Shown here piece by piece: positions 24,453-36,720 of a stretch of DNA of 64,000 nucleotides; the first letter of the stretch is position 1, and the number at the start of each line of letters is the position of its first letter. The stretch covers positions 67,146,001-67,210,000 of the forward strand of contig NC_043006.1 in NCBI RefSeq assembly GCF_006345805.1, written 5' to 3'. Source of the DNA: Octopus sinensis (Eukaryota). The position numbers were made by a program, and so were the translations under genes. Below the pieces are notes generated by a model, which ran no database searches, was not told the origin of the DNA, and saw only the letters and a list, made by a program, of their open reading frames with translations.

Positions 24453-24709
24453 TTAGGCTTATAAAATATATATTTATTCATTTGTTTGTTTTACTTATTT
24501 GACAGGGGGCATGCTGGGACACCACCTTAAGGGGTTTTTAGTCGAACAAATCGACGTATTCTTTCTACGCCATGTACTTATTCTGTCGGTATTTTTACCG
24601 AACTGCTACATCGTAAAAAGACGAACACGGTTGTCAGGCGGTGGTGGTGGGGAGACGAACAGACACAAATACACAAACACACACACATACACACACTCAC
24701 ACATATACA

Positions 24710-24880
24710 TACATAGTTCGCATGTACAGAAAATCACAAACGAAGACAGGAGTAGAAAAAAACAAGCAAGTGTATTACTTTTATTCTCGGGAAAAATACA
24801 AAAGGCTTTCACGTTTCGAGCCGACGCTCTTCGACAGAAAGGAATAAGGGGGAAATAAAACAGAGAGAGAAGGTGAGATA
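24710..24880 (-). mobile_element. Solo PLE pLTR fragment with minimal hammerhead (24806-24841, core CUGUCGA, GUG triplet)
   Basis: Reverse complement cttt-CTGTCGA-A-gagc(gtcg)gctc-GAAAC-GTG-aaag; downstream sequence homologous to 21040-21130. Confidence 0.7.
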
Positions 24881-24904
24881 TATATACGTATATATATATA
24901 TACC

Positions 24905-25624
24905 ACGGGTTTCTTTTCCGTTTCTCTCGACGAAATTCACTGACAAGGCTTTGGTCGGCCCGATGCTATAGTAGAAGACACTTCCCCCAAGGCAGCACGC
25001 AGCGGGATTGTGTGAAACATTTCATTTTACATTACACCAGACCACCTAACTGCAAATATTGGCGGATTGGCCTCCCGCTCAGAGAGTATGTTGCCCTGCC
25101 CACCTTCTATAACAACAACCGACTGTCTACCAAATCCGCTCATAAGGCTTTGGTTGGCCCGTGCCTATAGTAAAAGTCACTTGTCCAAGGTGAACACACA
25201 CACATACAAACACAGACACATACAAACGCATGCACACACACACATACAAACGCGCGCACATACACACACGCGCCACACACACATACAAAGACATACATAC
25301 ATACAAACGCACAGACACATACGCACACACGCACACATATACATACAAAAGCACGCACATACACATACATACAAACTTCCATAGACACAAGCGCACGTAC
25401 ATACACACATATGCACACACATTAAACGCACACACACATACACGCACACACACACATACAAACGCACACACATACAAACACACGCACATACACACATGCG
25501 CACACACACATGCAAACATACACACACATACAAACACACGCGCACCAAACATACATACAGATGCACACACACGCATACACACATACAAACGTACGCACAC
25601 ATACATACGCACACACACATACAA

Positions 25625-25677
<53 letters not shown>

Positions 25678-25880
25678 GATACCTGTCTGTGAACCCCGCA
25701 ACTGCTTTGCAACCGGTGTCGATTCGTTTACGTTCCCGTATTACCACCATTTGACCACTGACACCAATAGAACCAGTACCAGACCAATAAAATGAACCTG
25801 ATTTGCTCGACTAAAACCCTTCAAAGCGATGACCCTGCATGGCTACGGTCCAATCGGTGAAACAATTAAAAGATAAAGAT
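24905..25880. mobile_element. SINE fragments (heads on - at 24905-25010 and 25120-25195; tail on + at 25680-25880) around a (CA/CATA)n tract
   Basis: aaggctttggtcggccc...ctatagtagaagacactt; aaaacccttcaaagcgatgaccctgcatggc...aaaagataaaga. Confidence 0.6.
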
Positions 25881-25979
25881 TCTATCGAAAATATATGGCT
25901 GCGGTGACATATCTGGGCATTTTGACAACTTTACAAACTGTGGCGGTTTGACAGACTTCCCGCTGTTGCTGTTTTATTG

Positions 25980-25981
25980 CT

Positions 25982-26039
<58 letters not shown>

Positions 26040-26042
26040 CGC

Positions 26043-26080
<38 letters not shown>

Positions 26081-26183
26081 CAGCAGCAGCAGCAGCAATA
26101 ATCGTAGTGCAGCAGCAGCAGTGGTAGCAACAGTACCAGCAGCATTAGTAGCAGCAGTAGTAGTAGTAGTAGTAGTAGTAGTC

Positions 26184-26217
<34 letters not shown>

Positions 26218-26260
26218 CAGCAGTAGCAGGAGGAGGAGGAGGAGGAGGAGGAGTATTTGT
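25980..26260. repeat. Compound (GTA)n/(GCA)n/(GGA)n microsatellite
   Basis: Direct reading. Confidence 0.95.
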
Positions 26261-27229
26261 GGTAGCAGTAGTTTTCGCTATCGTTGATGTCAGCTCTTCG
26301 AGATATTGTTGTTGATAGTGTTGTTGATTGTTTCGACTCAGTAGAAACAGTTTCGACCACATAAAGACTTCTCATCGGATCGCTGCTTTCTTCTTCCTTT
26401 TTTTGTTTTTTTTTGTTTTGGTTTTTGTTCATTTGACGTTTTTAGGTCATAAGAACCATTTCGGTTTATTCCCCATTCGATGGTGCCACAGCATGTGTCG
26501 TAGACGTATGCAACACGTAAGCGAGAATTTCTATGTGAGGAGGAAATCCGATCTACACCGATGAAGGATGACTTTGGTCAGAATCAAGAAAGTTCTCGTT
26601 GCATGCAAAGGAAGTAAGTCTGCTAGAAGACAAAATCTAGTTAACAATGTACTACGTAAATTCTAAAATATTCCATCTCTTATCTCCTATCTGCCTGTCA
26701 AGGAATCAGACACCGTGGCCTTCTACCTTCTCCCTCTTCTTTTGTCCTTCTCTCTGCCTTCTCTCCATCTGTTCCAACCTCTCTTTCTTTCTTTCCCTCT
26801 GTCTTACTTCTCTTCTCCTTTCTCTAGATGGGTGATCTTGTCCTTCAGTCTAATAATAGCCACATTCCGCCATTTCAACCCGTCATCAATCTATACATGC
26901 TTCAGTGAGCGGATGATTAATGCACATGGCGATTTGTCGCAAGTCAACCATTTAATATTCAGATTACACTGTCAAATTTAATGCATTTTATTCATATCGT
27001 TTTTTGAATAAATCAAGCATCATCTTGTAGCTTTGAGACTTCAATAATGTGATTGCTTATTTTTAAAATGGTATTGTAGGGTGGGTGTGAGAGGCCAGTT
27101 CTGAACAAAAGGCCAATCCGAACAGAAAACGGATCGGATATTTGGATCTGATATGGCCCTGTTTAAATGAAACAATGAAGAATTTTTCTAGAACAACGCG
27201 TTTCTATGAAATTGGAAAATTCAATAACA

Positions 27230-28200
27230 TATATGGAAACATTTTAAAAAGCACAGCAGGCTTCTGAGGAAGAATGCTGGAACCGTAGACTATGTTAGAT
27301 GTGATACCGGATGTCTGAAATAGATGTAGTACCGGATGTCTGAAATAGATGTAGTACCGGATGTCTGAAATCGAGAAGACGTTCCTTAAACCCGGACAAA
27401 CTGACACAAGAACGGACTATATGGACGATGCGAAATTACGAGCTATGATCCCTGAAAATCGAAGCCTAACTCTCCATATAATTTCTGAAGTAGAGGTCTG
27501 TAAAAATTCGGGTTACATGATTCGAAAAAAAAGTTTAGAGAGATATTATAGTTTCATAATATTTGTTCCTCGTCTTCAGGCCTATGAACAAAGGGGGAGC
27601 GAAACTCGGTCAGGTGAATGTTTGAAAAGTGATGAAGACTTTCTGGAATGTGTTATAACAGATGATGATACGTGGCAGTATGTCTACAATGTGAAAACGA
27701 AATACAATATATCATTGTCGCTACGAATAAAATATCACGTCAGAGTAGCTCAAACGCGAAGGTCATGGTCGAATTGTCTGCTTTGTTTGGGTGTTTTTTT
27801 TTTTGCTTTTTTTTTACTTATTGAGTGTCGTACATAAGTTTGTTCAAAACAAGCAGAAGTTCAATTACGAATTTTACTAGAAGGTGCTGAGTCAGTTAGC
27901 AAAGACAGTACGAAGAAAGACGTATGAGGCATCCATACACAAAAAAAGACCTGGATATTACACCAAGATAACATGCCTTATTACGCGTCATTCCTTGTCA
28001 GCATCTTTTGGGAAAATTCGTTACTAGAACTATATGTCTTGGTATTGTAACATACTGAAAAATATAGCGTAGCACTTATTCTGTGCAATCACTACATAAT
28101 ATTATAAAACATATTCACAAATTATTGGGTTGGTGCATTTGACAAAAACAATAACAACACGTAACAAAAACATCTTTAAATGATTATTCCGGAGCATATT
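27230..28200 (+). mobile_element. Degraded mariner transposase remnant
   Basis: DEDFLECVITDDDTWQYVYNVKTK (cf. FLxRIITGDETW) and WILHQDNMP at ~27952 (cf. LHHDNAP). Confidence 0.75.
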
Positions 28201-28564
28201 CACCATCTACTCCAATTACTGCTTCCAATTTGCTTAGCAGATGATCAGATCGTCACTTAAAGATGCTTTTGTTAAATATTGTTATTGTTGTTGTTGAATA
28301 AAATTTGTTTAAAAAAAAGCGCCATAATTATGCACCAACCCAAGGCAAAACGTGTTCCAAGAAGCGTTCCAAATAGGCGAAATCAGTTTAAATCCATGCG
28401 CACGCGCTATCACAAAAGACAATGCAATACTCAAATCGAAGGTGAAATTGCTGGAATATCAGTACTATGTTGTCCAGTGTATAACTATTTCAATCATTAC
28501 AGCGTGATTGCATAAAAAACTGACCTGAAATAATATGTCATTGGCTCGTTGAAATTGTGATATA

Positions 28565-29150
28565 AATTGAGAAATTTATGCAATAGCAGCAGGATACAGT
28601 ATAAAATGTTGTTAACGTAATGTGACAGTCCTATGAATGGGAAGAATGCTGCTGTTATTTAGCCCTAGGAAACACCGTTTCCTGTTGGATTTGACGCATT
28701 TCCTGTGTCCTTATGTTTTCAAAGTGGAGACAAACACCTCCAGTCAGCAAAGCCAACACCCAGAGACTAGTTTCAAAGTCATTGCTCATCATTAGTGTGG
28801 TGTAGCATGTCTTACTACCTGTCGATGCCAATCCGCTCTTGAAAACATGTATATTTCACTTGAAATATATATGTTTTCACAGGTGGATAGATATCGACAT
28901 CTAGCAGGCGAATCTACTCCACACTGATTTTGAGCAATGACTCTGAAACTAGTCTCTGGTTGCTGGTTTTGCTGGGTGGAGGTTTTTATCTCTCCTTTGA
29001 AAACATAAGGACACAGGAAATGTGTCAAGTCCAACAGGAAACGGTGTTTCCTAGGGTTAAATAACAGTAGCATTCTTCCCTTTCATGGGACTGTCACATT
29101 AAGTTGACAACATACTATCACTTTACCGTGCTGCTGCTGCATAAATCTCT
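28565..29150. mobile_element. Foldback element / long MITE: ~290-bp inverted arms with essentially no spacer
   Basis: 28612-28860 is the near reverse complement of 28861-29110; centre tatttcact|tgaaata. Confidence 0.85.
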
Positions 29151-29909
29151 CTAGAAGATTTAGAAACGTATTATTTCTACATTGAGAAATGCCTGAGTTT
29201 TTTTAACATCCGTTGATTATATTATAGGGTTAGGTGTCAGTCAGATAGAATGTTTGTTCTGTGGATCGTGTTGAGTTTGGATTTTACGACAGATATATAT
29301 GATCTGCAAGTTATATAATTCGGCCGAGATTTTATTGAAAATGTGCTTCCTGAGTTGTGCTACAGCAGAGAGAGTTGATAGCGTTGAATATGTGTTTGAG
29401 AGTAGCGCCATACTATTGGGTGATGATTCTATAGAATATGCACTGTGTGGATTGTGTATTGCCAGAATATTTTGTAGAATATGAGCTGTACGGGCTGTGC
29501 TAATTAACACAATAAGTAAATAACGCGAGATATTTTGTTTGTAGTTCTGCTAATACATATAAAAACTGGTTTTGATTTAGGCACAAAACTAACAACATTG
29601 TGGTGATGGGTTAGTCATTACCCATACCCTCAGTATTAGCCTGGTACTTTATTTTATCGACTTTAGAGGGATAAAAGGCCAATGACGAGAACATTTCAAT
29701 TTCGGACGTTAAAAGACGAAAGAAAAATAGCAAGTTCAAACGATTCTTCCCGCTCGCTTCCTTTATATCGGTTCCTAATCCATGTACAAGCCAAGCGGTT
29801 TTAAGGGGAGGGGTTAGTCGATACCATTGGGCCAGGACGTTGTTGTTACTTTATTTCATTGATCATAAAAGGATGAAACACATTGCAGACCCCAGAGGGT
29901 TGTAAAACA

Positions 29910-30330
29910 TCGGAACTAGATTTGCTTGTCAGTTGTTTGACCGTAACAAGTTAAGTACGCCCCTTAGTGGCTGACGATATGTGCATCTCTGATCACGGGC
30001 ATAATTGGTTGGGGAGCATCATAGCCATGTGCTGAGAGGAATCGTTTGGAGTCTGAATAATTCAACTCAGGGAACATTGCTGTTTTGTTCAACATCCTTA
30101 GACAAACCTTATTCAACGATCTTTTGGGCGGGATGGACTACTCGACCCGAAGAAGATTTTAACTGGGCCCTACCTACAAGATCATGCGCTGCTCAGGTTG
30201 ATATAAAATTACCATGCCGCGCACATATAGTTATGACGTATATTCCTGGTGTATTCTTATGATGGGGATACTAGGCATCGTATATTTTATCCCGGTGTCA
30301 CTTTGAGGGCATGCACTACTCTCTCACTCA
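29910..30330 (+). mobile_element. Truncated copy of the ~560-bp (AAT)n-associated element
   Basis: Diverged reverse complement of part of 30496-31054; ends ctctctcactcaa followed by (AAT)n. Confidence 0.8.
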
Positions 30331-30413
30331 ACAACAACTATAATAATAATAATAATAATAATAAAATAATAATAATAATAATATAATAATAATAATAATA
30401 ATAAATATTATTA

Positions 30414-30454
<41 letters not shown>

Positions 30455-30464
30455 GTTGTTGTTG

Positions 30465-30495
<31 letters not shown>

Positions 30496-30496
<1 letters not shown>

Positions 30497-31052
30497 GAGT
30501 GAGAGAGCAGTTCATGCCATCAAAGTGACACTGGGGTAAAATATACGAAGCCCAATATACCCATCATGACTACCCGTCTGATAAAGGTACACCAGGCACA
30601 TGCATCACAACCATATGTGCGCGACATGGTGATCTCATATCAAGATAAACAGCACATGACCTTGCAGGTGGAGCCCAGTTAGAATTTTCTTCAGGTTGAG
30701 TAGCCCATCCTGCTCAAAAGTCCCTGAATAAGGTTGCTTTAGGATGTTGAACGAAACACCTATGTTTTCCAGAGGTGAATTATTCAAACCCCAAAGAATC
30801 CCTCTCAACACATGGCCATGATGCTCCCCCACTACTTCTGCTCGTCTGTGATCAGAGATGCACATATCGTCAGCCACTAAGGGACATGCTCAACTGGTTA
30901 TGGCCAAACAACGACAAGCAAATCTGTGGTATTGAGCAGAATATTTGCTGTAGCCCATCTTTTATACCAAGACAAAACAATGTACATGATAACACTTCCA
31001 ATCAGTTAAGATCAGAAGCCATGAGAGCCACTGCCTGGTACTGCATCAGGGC

Positions 31053-31054
<2 letters not shown>
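30496..31054 (-). mobile_element. Full-length ~560-bp non-coding (AAT)n-associated element
   Basis: gagtgagagagcag...ctgcatcagggcat between (ATT)n tracts; same ends at 59171, 61765 and 63231. Strand is inferred from tail polarity. Confidence 0.85.
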
Positions 31055-31123
<69 letters not shown>

Positions 31124-31149
31124 CAACATTACGATACTTATGATGATGA

Positions 31150-32338
31150 TGATGAATGGACTAGCAAGACTAAGCAGAAAGGGAACGGAAATAATGACTG
31201 CATTTAGAATACATCATCCAACATCTGACAAAGAAAGATTATACATACCATGAACTGAAAGCAGTAGATGATTTGTAAAACAATAAAAATATTATACAAC
31301 ATCCACCATAGAACTGCAAAAATATCTAATGCAGAATCATGGAAAGCTAATATAAATAGCTACTGAACAAAACAAACAACTGTTTTCTGTCTTCAAGGAA
31401 GTCGTAAATTACAGAGCAGGGGTCGACAATAACTGATGGTTTCGGGGAAAAGAAGAAACAACGAAAACACTGTGAAGCCGCTAAGATCTATGCTAAATCT
31501 TTAGCTACAATGTGTTTTGACAGATCAATGTCGAGAGAAGTCCTTTCATAGCAAAAATCAGGAATAGATAAAGAGAAGAAAAAGAGAGAAGGAAATCATG
31601 CCAACAAGAATCCTTAATTGCGATACAAGATCAAAGCCTCCTCGTCAGAAAAGACGAAAAAAAAAAAATAAATAATACATATGTCATTGAGTAATATGTG
31701 GTGATGGAGAAGAAATAATAAATCATTTTTTTCTTGTCTGGCCAATACATCTCTGACACGACAGAGATGGGATTTATGTACAATGGGACTCGTGCCAACA
31801 CTATGGAATGCCAACGGAGAGAAATAGGGCATACCACAGAAAAAAGGTCTCAAAAAAGACAAAGCATACATACTCTGGGCTATGCTGATACATACAGATA
31901 GGGAGAGCAAGGCTAATCGAACGGATGTTGTCAGAGTCCACCAAGGAAAGATGCCTTGTAATCGACATTACAGTACCGTAAGATGACAATTTACTTCTAA
32001 AAGAAATGGAGAAACTTCCGAAATACAGGGATCTAGAATTAAAGATAACTCGAATGTGTAACCTGAAGACAGAAATAATCTCTATAGTAGCAGGTGGTTT
32101 AGTTATGGCCAAAACGCATACACACAAGGACATAACCAGAGCTTACGAGTACATATGAAATACAGAATTGAGTACTTTTAGGCACCGCACAAATCTTACG
32201 TAGTGCTTATTCAATATAATGAAGATAAGATCAAAACGAAACCACAGCGTAGGGACAGAAAGCTGTACTCGGAAATGCAAAGAAACAACGCAATGGAAAA
32301 AGACTAGTGGAAAGATGAATAATAATAATAATAATAAT
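31150..32338 (+). mobile_element. Degraded R4/Dong-clade LINE 3' fragment with (AAT)n tail
   Basis: HHPTSDKERLYIP; EMEKLPKYRDLELKITRMCNLKTEIISIVAG (RLE C-terminus). Confidence 0.7.
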
Positions 32339-33432
32339 TTATTCTTTTATTAGCCATAAGGGCTCATATACAAAAACATTCAATGACACACCACAACATA
32401 AAAGTCAAAAACAGGACGATACAATGGGTTTTCGTGTGTACACAATGTAATAACGATAAAAATTGGACAAATTAAATCTCCCGATCGGGGATGCGCTTTA
32501 AGGTCCTCGTAGAAAAACACACAAAAGCCACGGGTGCCTGAACAATAGGGCAAGAGCCCTTCTCCTTTGATTCCCTTTTTATAGGTGCACGCTCAGAATT
32601 GGTCCTTTCACACTGGCCATTCTTCCAACATTCACCCAACTTTCAATAAACTTGCTAAAAAGCAACACTTCCCTCTCCACCCCCAACTTCCTTTTCAAGT
32701 GAAATTTGAAAAAGTTGATGAGGGGCTTGGCCAAAGAGGAAAGTGTCTGTCTTTAGCCCTTTCAAACGGGTCCACCATACTACCTCTTTCGCTACAGCCA
32801 CTAGACAAATAAAAATTGCCTGCTCCTTCCGGCCGAAAAATGGGTGGCGGGACAATTTTCACAAAAGTTTCAGCTGATAGCCGGGTCTGTCCTACACGCT
32901 ACAGTAGCTGTTCGACATAAACCCACAGGTCAGCAATACTCGGGCAGGCCAGGCTGACGGAACTTCCGTCCCTGTAAAGTTTATCCGAACAGGCAGCGCC
33001 CCTCGGTAGCACTGCCAGGCAAGGGATTTCTGTAAGTTATCCATAGGCCCAGGCCCGAAAGTTCTCCGAAACAGACCGGTTAGTTGATCTTCATCGATGC
33101 CCAGAGTTTCCCCGAGAACGTCGTCGAACTTTCCCTCCACTAGCCCTCTATAGACCGCTAGAGTAGGAATACCACCGACTGCATTGCCCGCCCGGTGAAG
33201 GGTTGTGTGCGCTTCACGGCACTCGAGGTGCCAAGTGACCCTCCTCGGTCTACGCCTAATCCAGGCAGCTCCGTCAAACTGACGAGCTGTGGAAAAGTGT
33301 CTCTTACAAACGGTGAGCACACCTGCTCACCTTCAAAGAAACGCTGGAGATGCCGCAAACTCAGCGACTATCTGCACATCAGCAACCACGGTATACCAGC
33401 CCTCCATTCAGCAGCTGTTGACAGCAGATGGA

Positions 33433-33433
<1 letters not shown>
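32339..33433 (-). mobile_element. 5'-truncated Tx1-like LINE (second subfamily) inside (AAT)n
   Basis: FGPGPMDNLQKSLAWQCYRGALPVR and FVAVAKEVVWWTRLKGL homologous to 4935-5850; 3' end ggctaataaaagaat; (AAT)n on both sides. Confidence 0.85.
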
Positions 33434-33481
<48 letters not shown>

Positions 33482-33645
33482 TAATAATAATAAATAATAA
33501 TAATAATAATAATCTCTAGTTTAGGCACAAGGCCAACTCTGAACATAAAGAGCCAGAACAATTACCGCAAAACAACGATGCATCAGAACAACATCAGTAA
33601 CAAAACAACAACAACAACAACAGCAAACAACACAACAACAACAAC

Positions 33646-33688
<43 letters not shown>

Positions 33689-34320
33689 GTAATAATAATA
33701 GTAATAATAATAATAATAATAATTATAATAATAATATGATAATAATAATAATAATAATTATGAGCAGGATTATGATGGTTGTAGTGGTGGTGGTGGTGGT
33801 GGTATTATTCGTTCGTATTTAGATTTTTATTCAATAATACTGATAAAACATTTTCCGTTTTTTTTTTTTTTTTAATTATGTTAACGATAGCTTTTGAGAG
33901 TGATTTAATAACTGGCAATATATGGTAAAATATTAGCAACAATATTTGTATAAAACACAGAAATATTACGATCATTGTGACGACGACTACGACGAGAACG
34001 ATGACGTCGACGACGACGACGATGATGATAATGATGATGATGATGGTGGTGGTGGTGGTGGTGGTGGTGGTGACAACGAGGACAACAACGACGACGACGA
34101 CGATGATGATGATGATGATGATGATGATGACAAACATCATCATCATCATGCTGAAGATTAACAAAAAAATGCTGATTAGTAACGAAACAGACACGTAGCC
34201 ATTTAATCTCTAGTTTTAGTCTCCTCCACATAACATTTTACTTCTTCGAGGTTGTTGCTGCGGCTGCTGTTTCTACTGCTGCTGCTGCTGCTGATGATGA
34301 TGATGATGTTGCAGATTTTG
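33434..34320. repeat. Trinucleotide microsatellite mosaic (AAT, AAC, GAC, GAT, GGT, CAT, GCT)
   Basis: Direct reading. Confidence 0.9.
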
Positions 34321-34913
34321 TTGGTGTTCTTGTTGCCGAGGCTGATATTCTTGTTTTGTTTGTTTTAACTCTGTTTGAACATTTCATTTCGCAAAAATAT
34401 ATTTTGGTTTAATGATTCCAGAATTTCTGCATAATGCATGCTTGTTTCATAGAGAAATGAAAATAAACAGAGAGCGAACTTTATATTATATATAGATATA
34501 TATATATATATATATAATATAATAATATATTATATATGGTGTTATATATACATACATATCAATATATACATAAAGAGATTGTGCACGTACATACATCTCT
34601 CTATCGATCTATATATATATGTGTATAGATATGTATATGATGAGGATTATGATGAACGTTATGTATATTACTATATATATTATATATATATATATATAGA
34701 TATATATATATATGTATTGTATGTATATATATATATAGATGTTAAATAAAAATAGAACATAGCATTAATATAAACATATATGTACGTACCTACCCTACAT
34801 GACAGATCTATATATATATATTATATATATAATATATATTATATATCTATATAATATATATATATGTATGTGTGTGTGTATGTATATATTATATATATAT
34901 ATATATAATGTAT

Positions 34914-35013
34914 NNNNNNNNNNNNNNNNNNNNNNNNNNNNNNNNNNNNNNNNNNNNNNNNNNNNNNNNNNNNNNNNNNNNNNNNNNNNNNNNNNNNNNN
35001 NNNNNNNNNNNNN
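34914..35013. other. Assembly gap (100 N)
   Basis: Run of exactly 100 N; true size unknown. Confidence 1.
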
Positions 35014-35229
35014 ATATGACCATTACATACATTTACATCTCTCTCTACACCACGCAATATACACATGTATAAGCATGTATATGTATAAATATATACCACT
35101 CACATACTATATATGTATATGCAACTTCAACCTCATATAGATATATGCCTACACATATATTAGACATTTATACAAATAAATATACTCATACACAAACATG
35201 AACACATATGTATATACACATATATATAA

Positions 35230-35271
<42 letters not shown>

Positions 35272-35344
35272 GCACACTCGTACAGACATATATTAACAAT
35301 CGCCGCATACATGAATATACCGATGTGTACATATCTATAATTAA

Positions 35345-35729
35345 GGGGAGGAGAAGACAAATTCAAAGGCCGATGTATACGTTCATTCAATCCATATTAA
35401 CGAAATTCTCCATAGTATACAAGGTACATACATAGAAGCATGTATGTACCTTATGAATCATTTTACACCCGCTTTATGACCTTCTTCCTTCGGACTTCGC
35501 ATGTACAATTACGGACCTAGGCTTTTTATATATTTGTATTTATGAATTTTTATGTGTTTATAGTTTTTATATGTGTATGGATTTTTATATATTTATAAAT
35601 TCTTAGAAATTTTGTATATATCATATAGATGAATGTATCTATGTATGTACCTTGTATACTATGGAGAATTTCGTTAATATGAATTGAATGAATATATACA
35701 TCGACCGTTGAATTTGTTTTCTCCTCTCC
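35345..35729. mobile_element. 385-bp MITE with ~95-bp TIRs and TTAA TSD (Kolobok-like GG...CC ends)
   Basis: TTAA|ggggaggagaagacaaattcaa...atacaaggtacataca versus tgtatgtaccttgtat...ttgaatttgttttctcctctcc|TTAA. Confidence 0.75.
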
Positions 35730-35817
35730 TTAATTTTATATTCCTGAAACTCAAACAGAGTGCTACTCGGCTGAACTGTATAATGTGGATATCTATATCA
35801 CTTATTTCTTCATTGGT

Positions 35818-35858
<41 letters not shown>

Positions 35859-36189
35859 CACATACATACATACATACATACATACATACATTCATACATA
35901 CATACATATACCCTCCCCTATCAATCAACACACATACAACCGCAGATATACAAGCGTATGTACATACATATACGTATAAATGAAGCAGACAAGTGCATCA
36001 CAATCGCCCTTATGCACCGGATACATTCTTACACTCATATACATACATACACGCGTACACATATATACATACGCACACACATACACTTTTAACATATATA
36101 TTTATATATACATATACTTACACGCGTATACAATCACACAATTAAAAAAGGAAAAATGAAAAAATATACATAAAAAACAATTAAAAAAT

Positions 36190-36720
36190 GTTAAGACATA
36201 TGGAAGGCTTCTACAGGAACATAATAAAAATGGAGGTTCTATCCATGATCTTGGGGGCCCAAAACCGTAAGAAGTATTTTGTCATATATGGACATGAGCC
36301 AAAATGTTCAGTTCTTAAATTTAGACATGTAGCGGGGTCTAAGTTACTTTTCCAGATGAGCCATCTTTCCATATCACAAAGACCGCACTTCCCGCTGCCG
36401 TTGGTATAAGGTTTACACTTGGCCAAGATCTTCCAGTGGATCTTATAACTGATACCTTGGTCTTTCAAGAACCATATATGACTGGATTATTTGGTAGTTT
36501 TTCTTTTATCCCAGTGTCTGAAGCTTAAAGTGTGATTATTGAACGTAGCTTTAAAATTTCCCTCTGTAAGACCCACATATTTCTTTGACGAAACTGTGTC
36601 CTTAGCGGTCGTAGAATTTACGGTGGATTCATAATTAATGGCCTCGGTCACACAAACTCCATTCAGCAAGTATAAGCCTTTATCCCAGTAGGAACAGCCG
36701 GCTTCGTGTTGTTTTTTTGT
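36190..36720 (-). pseudogene. PLE GIY-YIG endonuclease fragment (Naiad-like by recollection)
   Basis: LNGVCVTEAINY...KYVGLTEGNFKATFNNHTLSFRH, one TAA, then HIWFLKD..WKILAKCKPY..KCGLC..LN.R.E..GSC in the same frame. Confidence 0.7.

Noticed and set aside
30496-31054. HDV-like or hammerhead ribozyme in the 560-bp element
   Set aside because: A candidate P1 (gtggctg/tagccat) exists but the L3 sequence cannot form P1.1, and the two CUGANGA motifs have no matching stem II plus GAAA.
34799-35140. ORFs spanning the N run
   Set aside because: Artefacts of the assembly gap.
36469-36490. Selenocysteine read-through in the Naiad-like fragment
   Set aside because: The interrupting codon is TAA at a non-Cys position.
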